NCBI GenBank assembly: GCA_002633005.1
Contig: NMRA01000230.1
Span: forward strand, 125,453-189,452
Reading direction: 5' to 3'
Source: Phoronis australis
Taxonomy: Eukaryota > Animalia > Phoronida
DNA length: 64,000 nucleotides
Part shown: piece by piece, positions 13,801 to 25,100 of the stretch
Layout: each line of letters opens with the position of its first letter
Numbering within the stretch: position 1 is the stretch's first letter
Position numbers and translations under genes: made by a program
The notes under the pieces: model-generated
Database searches by the model: none
Told to the model about the DNA's origin: nothing
Seen by the model: only the letters and a program-made list of their open reading frames with translations

Positions 13801-13989
13801 CCATACTGACAGTATTCTCTTAGGAGATACTCTTAAAGACCGAAATAAGCTTCCATGCTGAACAACGATATATATTCAAACCTGTTTAAATCTTGCATAA
13901 AGATAGAGAAGCTGTTCCGAAGACAGATTGCCAAAAATTTGATTTAAAAAGCTGGCTGCTAGCTCAAATAACTCCGACAAATCTGACAT
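4806..13989 (-). CDS. ACBD6: Acyl-CoA-binding domain-containing protein 6 (ACB domain + ankyrin repeats), 239 aa; exons 13989-13882, 10728-10664, 9783-9687, 7910-7722, 6568-6479, 6015-5985, 4945-4806
   Basis: ACB motifs LLYLYARFKQ, GPCNIPKPGFLDFKG, KWQAWKDLGNMTKEQAQQEYV; linker VSTL...FDWCKE; ankyrin repeats GMTLLHWASDRGH and DGQTPLHFASSCDH. All introns GT-AG, phases compatible, 720 nt including stop. Confidence 0.94.
6760..7080. mobile_element. Probable MITE in an ACBD6 intron
   Basis: Imperfect inverted ends CCACTGGCAAAC...TTTTGTTT versus AAACAAAACGTTTGCCAATGTGG. Confidence 0.45.
9403..9436. repeat. (TAT)n microsatellite
   Basis: Visible directly. Confidence 0.9.
9571..9712. repeat. 41-bp tandem repeat (~3.5 units) overlapping the ACBD6 exon-3 end and donor
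   Basis: Units start at 9571, 9612, 9653 and 9694; the last unit is coding sequence. Confidence 0.8.
12164..13743. repeat. ~1.6-kb imperfect inverted repeat in ACBD6 intron 1 (foldback element or two inverted copies of one repeat family)
   Basis: Arms ~12164-12943 and ~12983-13743 are reverse complements, e.g. GGCCAGTTTCTTTTTTGCCGATTTTTCAA vs TTGAAAAATCGGCAAAAAAAGAAACTGGCC, and TACAGCTAGCTGGC vs GCCAGCTAGCTGTA near the centre. A related fragment lies at ~39590-39640. Confidence 0.88.
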
Positions 13990-14091
13990 GATGTACCGGA
14001 AATGCTTAAGCGACGCCTTGTGATCAATAAGAAAAACTCAAGAGTTTCTGGGAAACGGAAGTGGAATTGGATTGTAGCTGCTGAGGTATGT
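13990..14091. promoter_or_regulatory. ACBD6 promoter region, possibly bidirectional
   Basis: ETS-like CCGGAA (~13996) and GGAAACGGAAGT (~14051) just upstream of the ACBD6 ATG; strong plus-strand donor GAG|GTATGT at 14085/14086. Confidence 0.4.
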
Positions 14092-16136
14092 GGTTCATGT
14101 GTTTTTTTCATGTGTTTGTCAATATGCTTTCCTTGTACTTTTTTAATTACACAGACGCATCTTTGTGGTATAGTAAGCACAATATGGAAGAGAAGACGAA
14201 GATTATTTTGCTGTATGACTGCATTAGAGCACAGACTAAAAGCAACAACTTGTTGTCTTCTTGGACCATTGAATCGATCGACATCGTCGTGGCTGCGTAA
14301 AAGTCTAGTTGTCGGGTCCCTATTCAATCCTTCATATCTTCTACAAAATTGATCACATTTGGATGATTTATACCTCAATCAATTTATCATTGTCCATTCC
14401 TTACCCCTATTCTAAAGTTATTATGATTTAAGCTTTCACTTTCCAAAAATTTGCCCACAAACTTGCTATACATCTCTAGAAATCTCTCGTAGTCTCGTTA
14501 GTGTGCGGCCATTCAACAATGCATTAGCTGCATCCACGACATGTAGCAATGTAAATTACAACTGCAGTACCGTACAAAAACCTAAACTCGTTTTCACAGT
14601 ATTTCTTCAGTTTACGAGGATTCATGCCGTAAATTTTATATTGTTTCGTTTATGCATGAGTATCCTCTTTGGCCTTTTCCCAGATCCGTCCCAACAATAT
14701 AAATATCTATTTACCTGATTGAGAAAATTGCAAAGAATTTGAATTTTTGAAAAAAAAATCAACATTAATTTTCTGTGAGTTACATTTAGTTACAATTTTT
14801 GTTTTATATGATGATTTAATGGAATGTTTGCAAAGTACAAGACCCTAATTTTTGATGATATATCTGCTAAAGAAATTTTTGTCACACATTTTGATGTAAG
14901 TTAAGTGAGCGTGATGGATGTATGTGAGGAATGTATGTGATGGACATACGCTCTGAATTTCTAGTATGAAATTGTTTGTTCTGACTATGATATCAATTCA
15001 GAATAATTAATACTTTTGCAGTATTTAAGCTCACTGTATTGGTCTTTTGGTACCGATTCAATGTTTTTTAATCAAAGTGCACCGATTGACCTTTTGAATG
15101 AAATCACAGGTTGGCCTGTTGGTAATTAATGCACTCTAAGATACTAACTTTTCAACACATTTGATTAAAGACATAAAACAACCTCCTAAAATTCTCACTA
15201 CCCGCCGGAGACGGGAGATGGTTAGCAATATAGATCGGAATGAGAGTGGTAACCATTTTGTGTTTGACACCTGTTGGATATCTGGAAAACTGTTTTTATG
15301 CGTTAAGTAGAATACTTATTTAATTAATAAGTACATGTGACTACCAAAATATATAAAATATGAAATAATGTTTAAAACATTACTAATCATTGTAATAAAT
15401 CATCATTTTAATTATTTGCTTTTTAAATAGAACTCGCCCTCAGCTTGTACAAACGTATTCTCTGGACCATGGTTCTGTCGCATGTCTAAACGTGATGTTT
15501 TAAAAGTATTGGGGACTAAAATAAAAAGGCCCAGATTTTTTGAAAGATAGAACTTACGACAATCACACGACCTCCCAACATAATGAACAGGTGGTATTAG
15601 ATCTTAATCTAAGTGCGTTCCTTGACCAACAGTCATACTTCAAATGGTGTAATTTCTAATAAATGTAAAAGAAAGGATATCAGTTGTAAAAGGAAAACAT
15701 ATAACTTATCAATAAGTTCCTTTCAAAATTTTTGATTTTCTTGCAGAGGACTTAAAACAAAGATCATTGAATTTGTGACATACTAATTTGGTCTCGTCCC
15801 CTGTTTTGTGTAACTTGTCAAATGTTTGTAAATGTGTATTGTACAGTATAACTGGAAGAGTGGTTATTTTTGTTAATTCCGTAACACCCATGCACAAATG
15901 GTATCCACGGTATTTCTCCGTTGTTCTTGCTTCCGAATGTCATGATTGAATTAGGCGGGCACTTGAATTCGAATCGGCCAATCAAAGTGTGGCAACCAGT
16001 AAAGCCGTCATGACAGAAACGCTGTCGTGTCCGATTACTTAATTTTGCCTTGTACTGCAGATGTTTCAGCAGCTGAACATTATAACGAGATTTTTTCGCA
16101 TTTTCATCATTTTGTTTTTCAGGCTAACAGGGAAAA

Positions 16137-19100
16137 ATGAGCGACAGGGATAAAGACCTTCACCTGGAGATTTTTCAAGTCTTTGACGATGAAACTGATG
16201 ATGAGGATTTCATCAGGATTCGCAATGCCTGTACAGGTTACATACGGTGTGTTGAAGTCAAGGGAAGAGATTCCCTGCACTTTCTGAGATTTCAAACTCG
16301 AATGCCATGTTTTGCAACAATGGCACAGATTTATTGCAACAAGGTCAAAGGTCAGAGGTCCAGGCTCACCCGTTGAGTGCTCAGAAATTAAAATTCATTT
16401 CTTAATGTCCACCTTTTCTTAAAAAAGCGTCTGGGGCTAGTCTTTTTAGATAATTATTATGAATAGGCACCTTCATGCTCACCAGGTAGCGCTCAAAAAT
16501 AAGGCTCCTTCTTTTCCACGTCTGAGTAGCTTGAGAGAAGAATATAGCAGATGATCAGTTAATTCATATCAATCATATTTTATGAATTCTATGATTGTAT
16601 GATATGATACATTTTGTGTTTGATTTTACTTTATTTCTGTTTTTGTTGACAAAGGAAGTTATTACATCCGAAAATTTCAAATTTCAGTAGATCCATTCTT
16701 GTTGTTTTATTTACCGATTTATATTCTTCATTTCATGAAACAATAGTATCCTTGGGAGGATCTGGATCGCCTTATTTAGTTTCAGATATATTTTCTACGT
16801 TATGATATGATACAAATGCATTCTGAGAATTCATGTGAACGATTGACTCACTTTTCCATTCATGGTTTACCGTCAATCATGATAATATGCTTTGTTATCA
16901 CTGAGCAATGATAAAGCATCAAACGTTATTTTCTGAACCAAAATGGAGGTGTGCCTTGTTTTCATTTTTTTCTTTACTCAGAATGAATACGTTGAAACAT
17001 GCATCTGGTGGCTTCTGTCAAGCTGTGGAAAATTGTGGTTTATGAGATAAGGATGTGTTCACTTGAACAGACTTGCGTTACTTTAGCATAGAATTTTAAA
17101 CCATAACGAAAGAAATGTATTCATTAGGAAAAACTCTTTATGAGGCTGCCTATGTTTTACAAGTGTAATGAACAGCGTTTACTTTGATTGCTTCTTCATT
17201 ATACCAGACCTGCCAAACTACAGAAGATCAAGAACATGAGGGAATTGAACACAGAGCTACAAAAGCAGGGCACAATAGGAGTGGGAAATTATTCTGCTAT
17301 ATACAAAATTCTGGAAAAACTCAAGCTGCATGATTTGAAGACTAAGGTTGAAGAAGTCGTCAAGACGATGGACTCAGTATCAGGTAAGTGAATACAGTAT
17401 TGCCATGGCAACCACCACTGAACTTGCTTCATACCAATTTCAGTGTTCTCCATGACCTGTTTTGACTCGGTATTTGCTGCGTCGAGTTTAGGGAAAGTGC
17501 GTCAAATTTAAAAATTGCCACACCAGGTTTAAAACCTTGGCTAGCTTGGAAATTCAGCCCTCAGCATCAAATCAGAGCCTGATTTTACCAACATTAAACA
17601 TAGCTTGCTTTACTGATAGGCAGTAAACAGTACTGTATTCGCCCTAATAAGGCGTCCTGGGTGCTTAGAAAAATTCATTTTGGGGGGGGGGGCTTATTGT
17701 AACCCAAGGCGGTTGAAACCCAGTCTCTGAAATGGGTGAAATCAGAAGCTAGGATTCATCAAATTTATGCTATGATGTATTTGTAGCCTATTACAGACTT
17801 TTTCTGCAAAACTGTGGTGCATAGCTATCAAACTTCGTTGTTAAATTACGATCGTTTTACAGAAAATTGTGCTGAAATCCCAGCTCAAAAACTCGTTGAT
17901 GTGCCGCTTCCTCGCGATCGTTGACAGAACAGCTTGAATACAGTTTCGATTCAACAAATTAACTAAAATCCTCACTTAAGTTTTCGAAATAGCATCCCTA
18001 AGATTTTAACTTCCTGTGGAGTCAGAACAAGATAGGTTCAAATCTGCACAAGATCGTACCCCGCAACATGAGAAAAGACTCTGGACCAACACTCGTGTCG
18101 TTGTCACATGACGTTTGTTTTGAATATTGTCTGCGTGTGTGAGTTAGCGAGTGCATACGTGTCGTCAACTTTCATTTGCTGGAGCAAACACAATGTAACG
18201 ATCTAGGTTTGCAGTGTAACTAAAGAAATAACACAAGCAGTAACACAGAACATGTTTTATTTAGCTCTTGCTGGTCTCATGTACTATTAAAACATGCGAG
18301 ATTTGTCTTGGTAAGACCGAATGTCATTGAGTCGTCGGGTGACTGGATGTGTGACAGTCTGAACGTTATTTTCTGGGAGTTTCAGGTGGAGAGGTGTCCA
18401 CTATCAGTGGGGAATTTTATCAGGTATATTACTTTAAAAAGTGATTAATAAAGCAATTCCTTTCAAAAATTACAAACAGTTTTTTTACTGCATTAGAAAC
18501 TTTCTGAAATTAGTGCCAATATTTAGTTCTTACTGGTGTGCTACCCGTAGCTTCATTGATAGTTCCCGAAGACAAACGTATGCAATGACAGGTGACAGAT
18601 ATGTAGCGGGCATTTCCTGGCCATGTGCTTTTAACAACAAGTTTTTTTATTTGTGAGACAGTCGTCAGCTGAATGGGCACTCTGAGTATGATTCGCGGCT
18701 TTCACGCGTAGGCCCTACAAATTGTCAAAAAGTAGGTCACACCAGTTCAGTGTACATTTTTGAAACACATAAGAAATACCTCCAGTGGAGACGTTAACTA
18801 CTGATATTGAACTCATAGAAATTTGCATCGAGTTTGGAATTGGGATTGTGGAGAACACTGTCTGGCTTTTAAAGCAGACCATAACCTAGTGCCGACTGTG
18901 ACAGAGATAACAATATAATGTGCCTCTAATGGGAGTAAGCACATCCACTCCAAAATAAACTGGATGTTTTTTTCTCATTTAATAGGCGAATATCTCACTC
19001 ATTGTATTTCTTACCTCACATGCACATTATGCGATAGATAGCCAACTAATGTATCAGCTCTAACACAGCTGAAGGTGCATCATTATTTTCCACAGATTCT

Positions 19101-22100
19101 ATGAAATAAAAATCACAAGGATTTCATAGTATAGGCCAAAATACCTAGTGTTAAATGTCTTAGTGCTAGCAAAGTCAAATTTGGTATGAAACCATAAAGC
19201 AACAACAACAACAAATCAATTCGTTTGTCATCTTATGCTCGTAATCTTAATGACCTAAGTGTTAGCCGATATGCCAAGTAAATGCCTTAGTTCACAAGTT
19301 CACCACTAGGTAAAAATGCCATAGCGGAGTGACACGCGAATAGTTAAAACGTTGAAACTTCTCGTGAATAGATTCTTCCGAAAAACTTCATATCCATGCA
19401 GTTACTTTCGCCCAATTATTTCTGCAGAAAAATTTTCGATATGATCGTAATGTTGATGTGTGCGATTTAATATTTGCTGTGTACTTTGACTGAGATTAGT
19501 ATGTGGCTGCATTCTTCACTCAGTGCAGACTTCCAACAGGGTTAGTTACCAACTAGCCTTTTATTAACAGTCAGTTTTATTTATCAAGAGGGGAATCAAC
19601 AATTGGTCGAACTTCAAAACCACTTGCCCGTACTTCAAAACCAGTTGACTGGACCGCAAAACCAAATGGCCAGTGATCAAACTTGTTATCAAGACTTCAA
19701 AATGAGATGGCCTCACCCAAAAAAAACTAGTTGGCTGTACCCAAAACATGATGGACTTCTTCAGAGACTTGCTTTGAAAGTAGAGTTGCCATAATTGTGT
19801 TTCAGTACCTGCCAACCAGTTTTGAGGTACCAGACATTGCAGTTTGAGGTCCGACCACCAAGTTGGACCACTAGCCATTTGGTTTTGCAGTCCAGACAGC
19901 TGGTTTTGAAGTCTGACCAATTGTTTGTCCCCACCATGTTTATGGTACTGCCTGTTTAGTCTGGCACATTTATTCAACTGCGGCGAATGATTTAAAGCAG
20001 GTGAAAGGAATTATCGAGAGTCTTTTGTACACAGTGTTGCTTAGGAGTAACTACTTATGGTTGCTTTTGAAAATAAATAATGATGAGTTCTGTGCATCTG
20101 AAAGGGAAAAAAGGGAAATGTGCACCATTTGAGTAAATGTCTCTGTTAGATTGCACCTCATTTCAAACCTCTATGGATGCTTCTAATGTTGGTTTACAGT
20201 ATTAGAATATTAAACAATTATAATGCCTGTTAAAGGAAAATAGCGCAACTCAATGGTGGGGGACGAAAGTTGTTATAATTCTTTCGATGTCACCCGGTCA
20301 CCTTCAAGATGTCCATCTCTCACAACACTGGACCTAAAACTGAATACCAGTCCATGGTTATCTTGGTGGTACATTTTTAGTTTATTTTCTTTCCGTGGTC
20401 GATGCAGACGACCCAGCGAAAGGTTGTTAGTCTACAAAATCTGTATTAATCCTTATGTCTGCTTAAGGGGAGTGCATGGAGATATCAAAATGCATGCCCT
20501 TTGAGGTCAATGTTCTACTTCACTTTCATCAATCATTACAAAGAGCAATTCCAGTCGTAATTAACACTGAAAATCTCTATTTGTGGTAGTTATGGATTTG
20601 TATGAAGAAAACATCAAATACACTTGCTTTCCATTTTAGTATAATTTGTTTTCAATAATTTCAGAAAACAGCGATGAAGAAAATTACAAACCGTCTTCTA
20701 AGAGGGCTAAATGTAAGTTGAATAAAGAATTTTGAGTAGTTGGAATCCTATTAATATTTGATAGTTTTCTATCAAGTACTTGAAAACACACATATCGGTA
20801 TGTTTCCAAAAGAAATGGCTATGTCCAACACCTTGTCATAGTCTTTGTCTTTGCGAGCGAATTTAATTGTCAAATAAGAATCAAATTTGAAATCGGCTCA
20901 TGGACATCCGGTGGCATCACAGTGCAACTTCATGGTGGAAATTGATACTTGTGTTCACCGTTATAGAAAGCTTGTGTTCACTGCAACATGCTTATGGTGC
21001 AAGTACAACTAAACAATTAATCATAACATGAAAGTAAACATTGAAAGTGAGACTCGAAATGCCTCAATTGGATCTGTAGTAAAACATTTGCGTGAAAAAC
21101 GTTTGATTTGTTTGCCGTCCGACCACACTGAATTATGTCTCACCAGCCAAAGTGACAAGTCTGAATTTTGGAGAACCCAAGCTTACATTGCTAGCATTCA
21201 TGAGACATTACCATGTATTACACATGATCGCACTAGCTAAATTGTTGCGTTTATAGAGTGTAGTGCAGTTTTCAGTGTTCTTACCAGATGTTTACAAGCT
21301 GAAGGCCATTTCAAAATGATGTTGGAAAAGGAAAGTGGTGCTGTAGAGGAATAAATTATTCCTCCTAATTTTCGTGTTTGGGTGGTAAGTAGGAAGAAGG
21401 GGGCTCTTCTGCATTGTCATCTTTAATGTGTTTAATTTTAACTACTGGTAGTTCTTGGGCTCATCAGGATGACAGTTGTAGCTGTGTCGTTATTTGTTTT
21501 CAGTTGACCGTGGCAGCTCAACACAGACTGATGTCACTGACTGTGAGTATTACTCTGCACTACCTTGCATTCTGTTACTGCGCTTTGCGGAGGGGGTCCC
21601 TTTGCATCCTCAATGACTTGCCTTCCTGGTTTCTTAATTACAGAAATCTACAAAAAAGCTTTTTTCTAATTCCATTTTCTGTAGTCACGATGGCTTGGCT
21701 TTCTGGTCCCTTGATATTAAAGTGGAATTTTTATTGTACAAGCTCTCTTTCCATTTTCCAGACCCTTAAAAATTGGCGTCAAGTTCATTTTTCCTCGATA
21801 ACGGATACACTCGAAGCACCTTCCATGAAGTTCCCTCAAAGTGAAATGTCTCCATTCTTTTAAGATTTCATGATAGCCTCTTGGCTTGTCTACGTGGTCG
21901 CTGGATAGCCGACATCATATCATAATTTGTAGGTAGTCCTATGATTTGGCTTCATGATCGCCGTGCATCGGGTCACACCTGATAAGAAAGATGCCAAAAT
22001 AAATAGACAGATAAAGTATCGGTAACCGCCAGGTAGAAGCTGCTCTGTTTATTGTTGAGGTGTCTGTCAGGCTGAACTCCTTTTGTATTTGCTTTTGTGC

Positions 22101-25100
22101 GGAATCAGTTGTTGTATTCTCGTTTGTTTCAATGTCTTGGTTATTACATTTTTGTTGATTGCAGTGACTTACTCCAAAGTCAAGAAGGGTCTTGTATGCA
22201 TAATAAACATCATGGATTTTGGTAACCATGCTGAGTACAGAACAGGTAAAGCCAACAAAAATTAACTCACTTTGTTCATGGTCTGTGGTTCTTTGAAGAT
22301 TTAAACGGTTTTACCAATTATTTTTATTTTTCCATATCTTCAAAATTAAACTAGAAGCATAATTGTGCTTACACAACTTAAAATTTGGTTTTACAATTTA
22401 CACTCCTTTTCTCCAGGATCACCTGAACATTACCATGGTTGCACTTGGTGTTTACAAAGCAATAAACCTAATCTTGTGGTTATAATTACAGGCACACTTC
22501 CCTCTAACAAAGATTTACATTTTTATCAGGCATGTCTTTTTAAATAAATTTGGCTTGCTGCTTGGCTGGGCCTTACCTTGCTGATGTCTTAATAGACAAA
22601 AGCACCTCTCCTAACCTAGTCTTGGCATAGCAAGCTCTGCCATGAAGTGCCGTCTAATAGTTAACCAGCAGCAGATTTTTTACCAAGCTTTGTCCTGCTG
22701 CCTAACACCGTTGCCATGGGATGCTATAATGCAGCGCATCCTCCTGGACTGAACCTCAGATGATAAAATGTGTTCTCTGGGTATGATTTTAAAGCTCTAT
22801 GAAGCACTTTTGTTGTCCTAAGTTCCGACATTGCACACTTTCACTGAACCTATTGTTGATAGTGTCATCAGTCGTTAGTTATTACAACCACTTATTGCCT
22901 TAACTTTATATTTGCTTTTATAACTGGAGCCAACTGTATTTAAACCTCCCTCTCTGCCACTTTTAATCTTAACCTTAATCTTACTCTGCTCATTTGGTAC
23001 TGTGACTGTGACTGCCTAGTACATTAACCTAGGCTACACAGGGAAGTTGTTCAGGATCTTGTCCTATTACAGCACTGTAAATGCATGTATGGGTGGCCTT
23101 ACAATCTAAATATGTGCATGTAATATATAGGATCTTCCTTGAGTTCGCACACTCATTAAGAGTGTCGGGTCATGACAAAAATCTACCACTTAGTTTCAAC
23201 CCCATGTAACAGCAGTTTTTAAATCGAGGCTAATTTTAATAAAGTCCTTTGTTAAACATTCCTATGTTCTGTTGTCCTTTTTCATGACTCACAGGTCAAT
23301 TCTCTGCCACGGTTCAAAGCATTATTCATCAACGGGACCCAGAGAACCCTAATCTAATGCTTTCAGTTGACTAATTCCTATCACTTTGTTGTTTGAAAAT
23401 CACTTTTTACAAAATTAGGACTTTATTTTCTGATGTCGCAATAATTAAAAATCACTTGTTTTATTCAATGATATGTCAATTTTTTTAGCCAATGTTGTAT
23501 TGCTAGAACCCAGTGCTAACGCAGTAATTGCTTAACTCCAAACTATGCGATCTTTCAACAGCTTTGCTAACAAAGAGGTCTCTTGACGACATCATAGCTT
23601 GATTGAGTGCAAGGTGNGCATTAAGTGGACCAAATTGCTAATGTTAAGTTTATTGCAGGATCAGACAAAGATATGGAGAACGTAGAGGCACTCTTTAATA
23701 GTGAAAATGGCTTCAGAGGCTGGTACACCGTTTTAACATCTATTAACTGCACACTGAGGCAGCTGGAAGACGAATTGGCACAGTGCCAAGAGAAACTTCG
23801 CACAGGCGAATTTGACCAATTCATTTGCTTTATTTTCTCCCATGGCGAGGAGGTGGGTGATTAGGGGTCTGTTCAATGAGAAGTGACTTTTGATTTAAGA
23901 CAGAAATTTAGTCTAATGCTCGACATAATTTTAAATTGCTTAAGTGACATTTACAAATTTTACTTGAGCAAAAGTGCAGTCTCTAAGCCTTTGTTCAGCC
24001 GTTGTCATGTGAGACCAAATTTCTGTCTTAAGTCTTAAGTAACTTTCGCACCTTAAGCTTATATTATCCAAAATGGCCAGAGTTTAGTTACATCAAAGTC
24101 GCAAAGTGAGCCATCTTTGAAAACCATGGTGTACACCGTGTTTTGGGTGGAAAGCTCTGTTTTGGTTCTTAATACAACATTATTTTAATACATATTTAGC
24201 ATTCCTAATTGTGCACAATAACAAAGTGAGCTATTCCAGCTTGAAGGTTGTTGCGATTTCAGCATGACCTATTTAGTACTGTGCACGATTTTAAAGCCAG
24301 AGAAAGCATAGGTTTTTGATGGCACAGTCTTCTTATAATGTAGATCCCAGGTTATCTTGTTGAGACTTTTTTGAGTGTAAATTGTTCCCTTGGTCAGTAT
24401 GTACCACCTATGAAACAATAGAAAGTGATTTTAACAGTCCGACAAAAAGGCCGGCATCTCGGTTCAGCATTCATTTTCTTGGCACAAATATGAATGACCA
24501 TCACGTACTGTGTTCAATAGTCTGTAGGGCATTACGCTTCCTCGAAGTGAATGTAGAATCAGGTTGTACACCATCTGTTGGGCCATTTACGCCTTTTTTA
24601 TTAATACTTACCAGGGAAAACACGAAAAATGCATTTCCATGGTGACTACTGATACGTATTGTTATTTATAAGTTATTCATCAAAAATGGTTACTTTCCTC
24701 TTCAATTGAACTTCATGTTGTGCATCCTACTCACTCCAAACAACATGCTTTGCGGAAAATCAAACGGCAGTACAACTTCATTGCCAACTGCTAACTGTAC
24801 AGGATATCCATTGGTTTAGATCTAGATTACACAAACATTAACGGGCTTGCAAATATTACTGAACTGCCACTAATGCTTATACCAACAATTTACCTGTTTC
24901 AACTGCCTGTAAACCAATTAAAATTTTCTTGCAAAATGAAAGGACTCCTCGTTTATTTAAACTCACTCTCAACCATAGGTAGGCTGTTGGTTACACGTGT
25001 CTCGGTTATCTATTGATATCAACTCTAGTGCAAACTGTAGTCCTGCCTTAATCTATTGATATCAACTCTAGTGCAAACTGTAGTCCTGCCTTAATCTATT

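Noticed and set aside
13959-14378. Overlapping 139-aa and 116-aa ORFs at the ACBD6 5' end
   Set aside because: No recognisable domain; promoter/UTR region; not in the ACBD6 reading frame.
19564-19977. 137-aa ORF with heptad-like LQNQL repeats
   Set aside because: By-product of the 21-bp subrepeats of a palindromic element.
21414-21863. 149-aa ORF and paralog-conserved intron sequence after the micro-exon, as a nested gene
   Set aside because: The homologous copies (47767+, 49547+) do not preserve an open frame on either strand; conservation is explained by the gene duplication.
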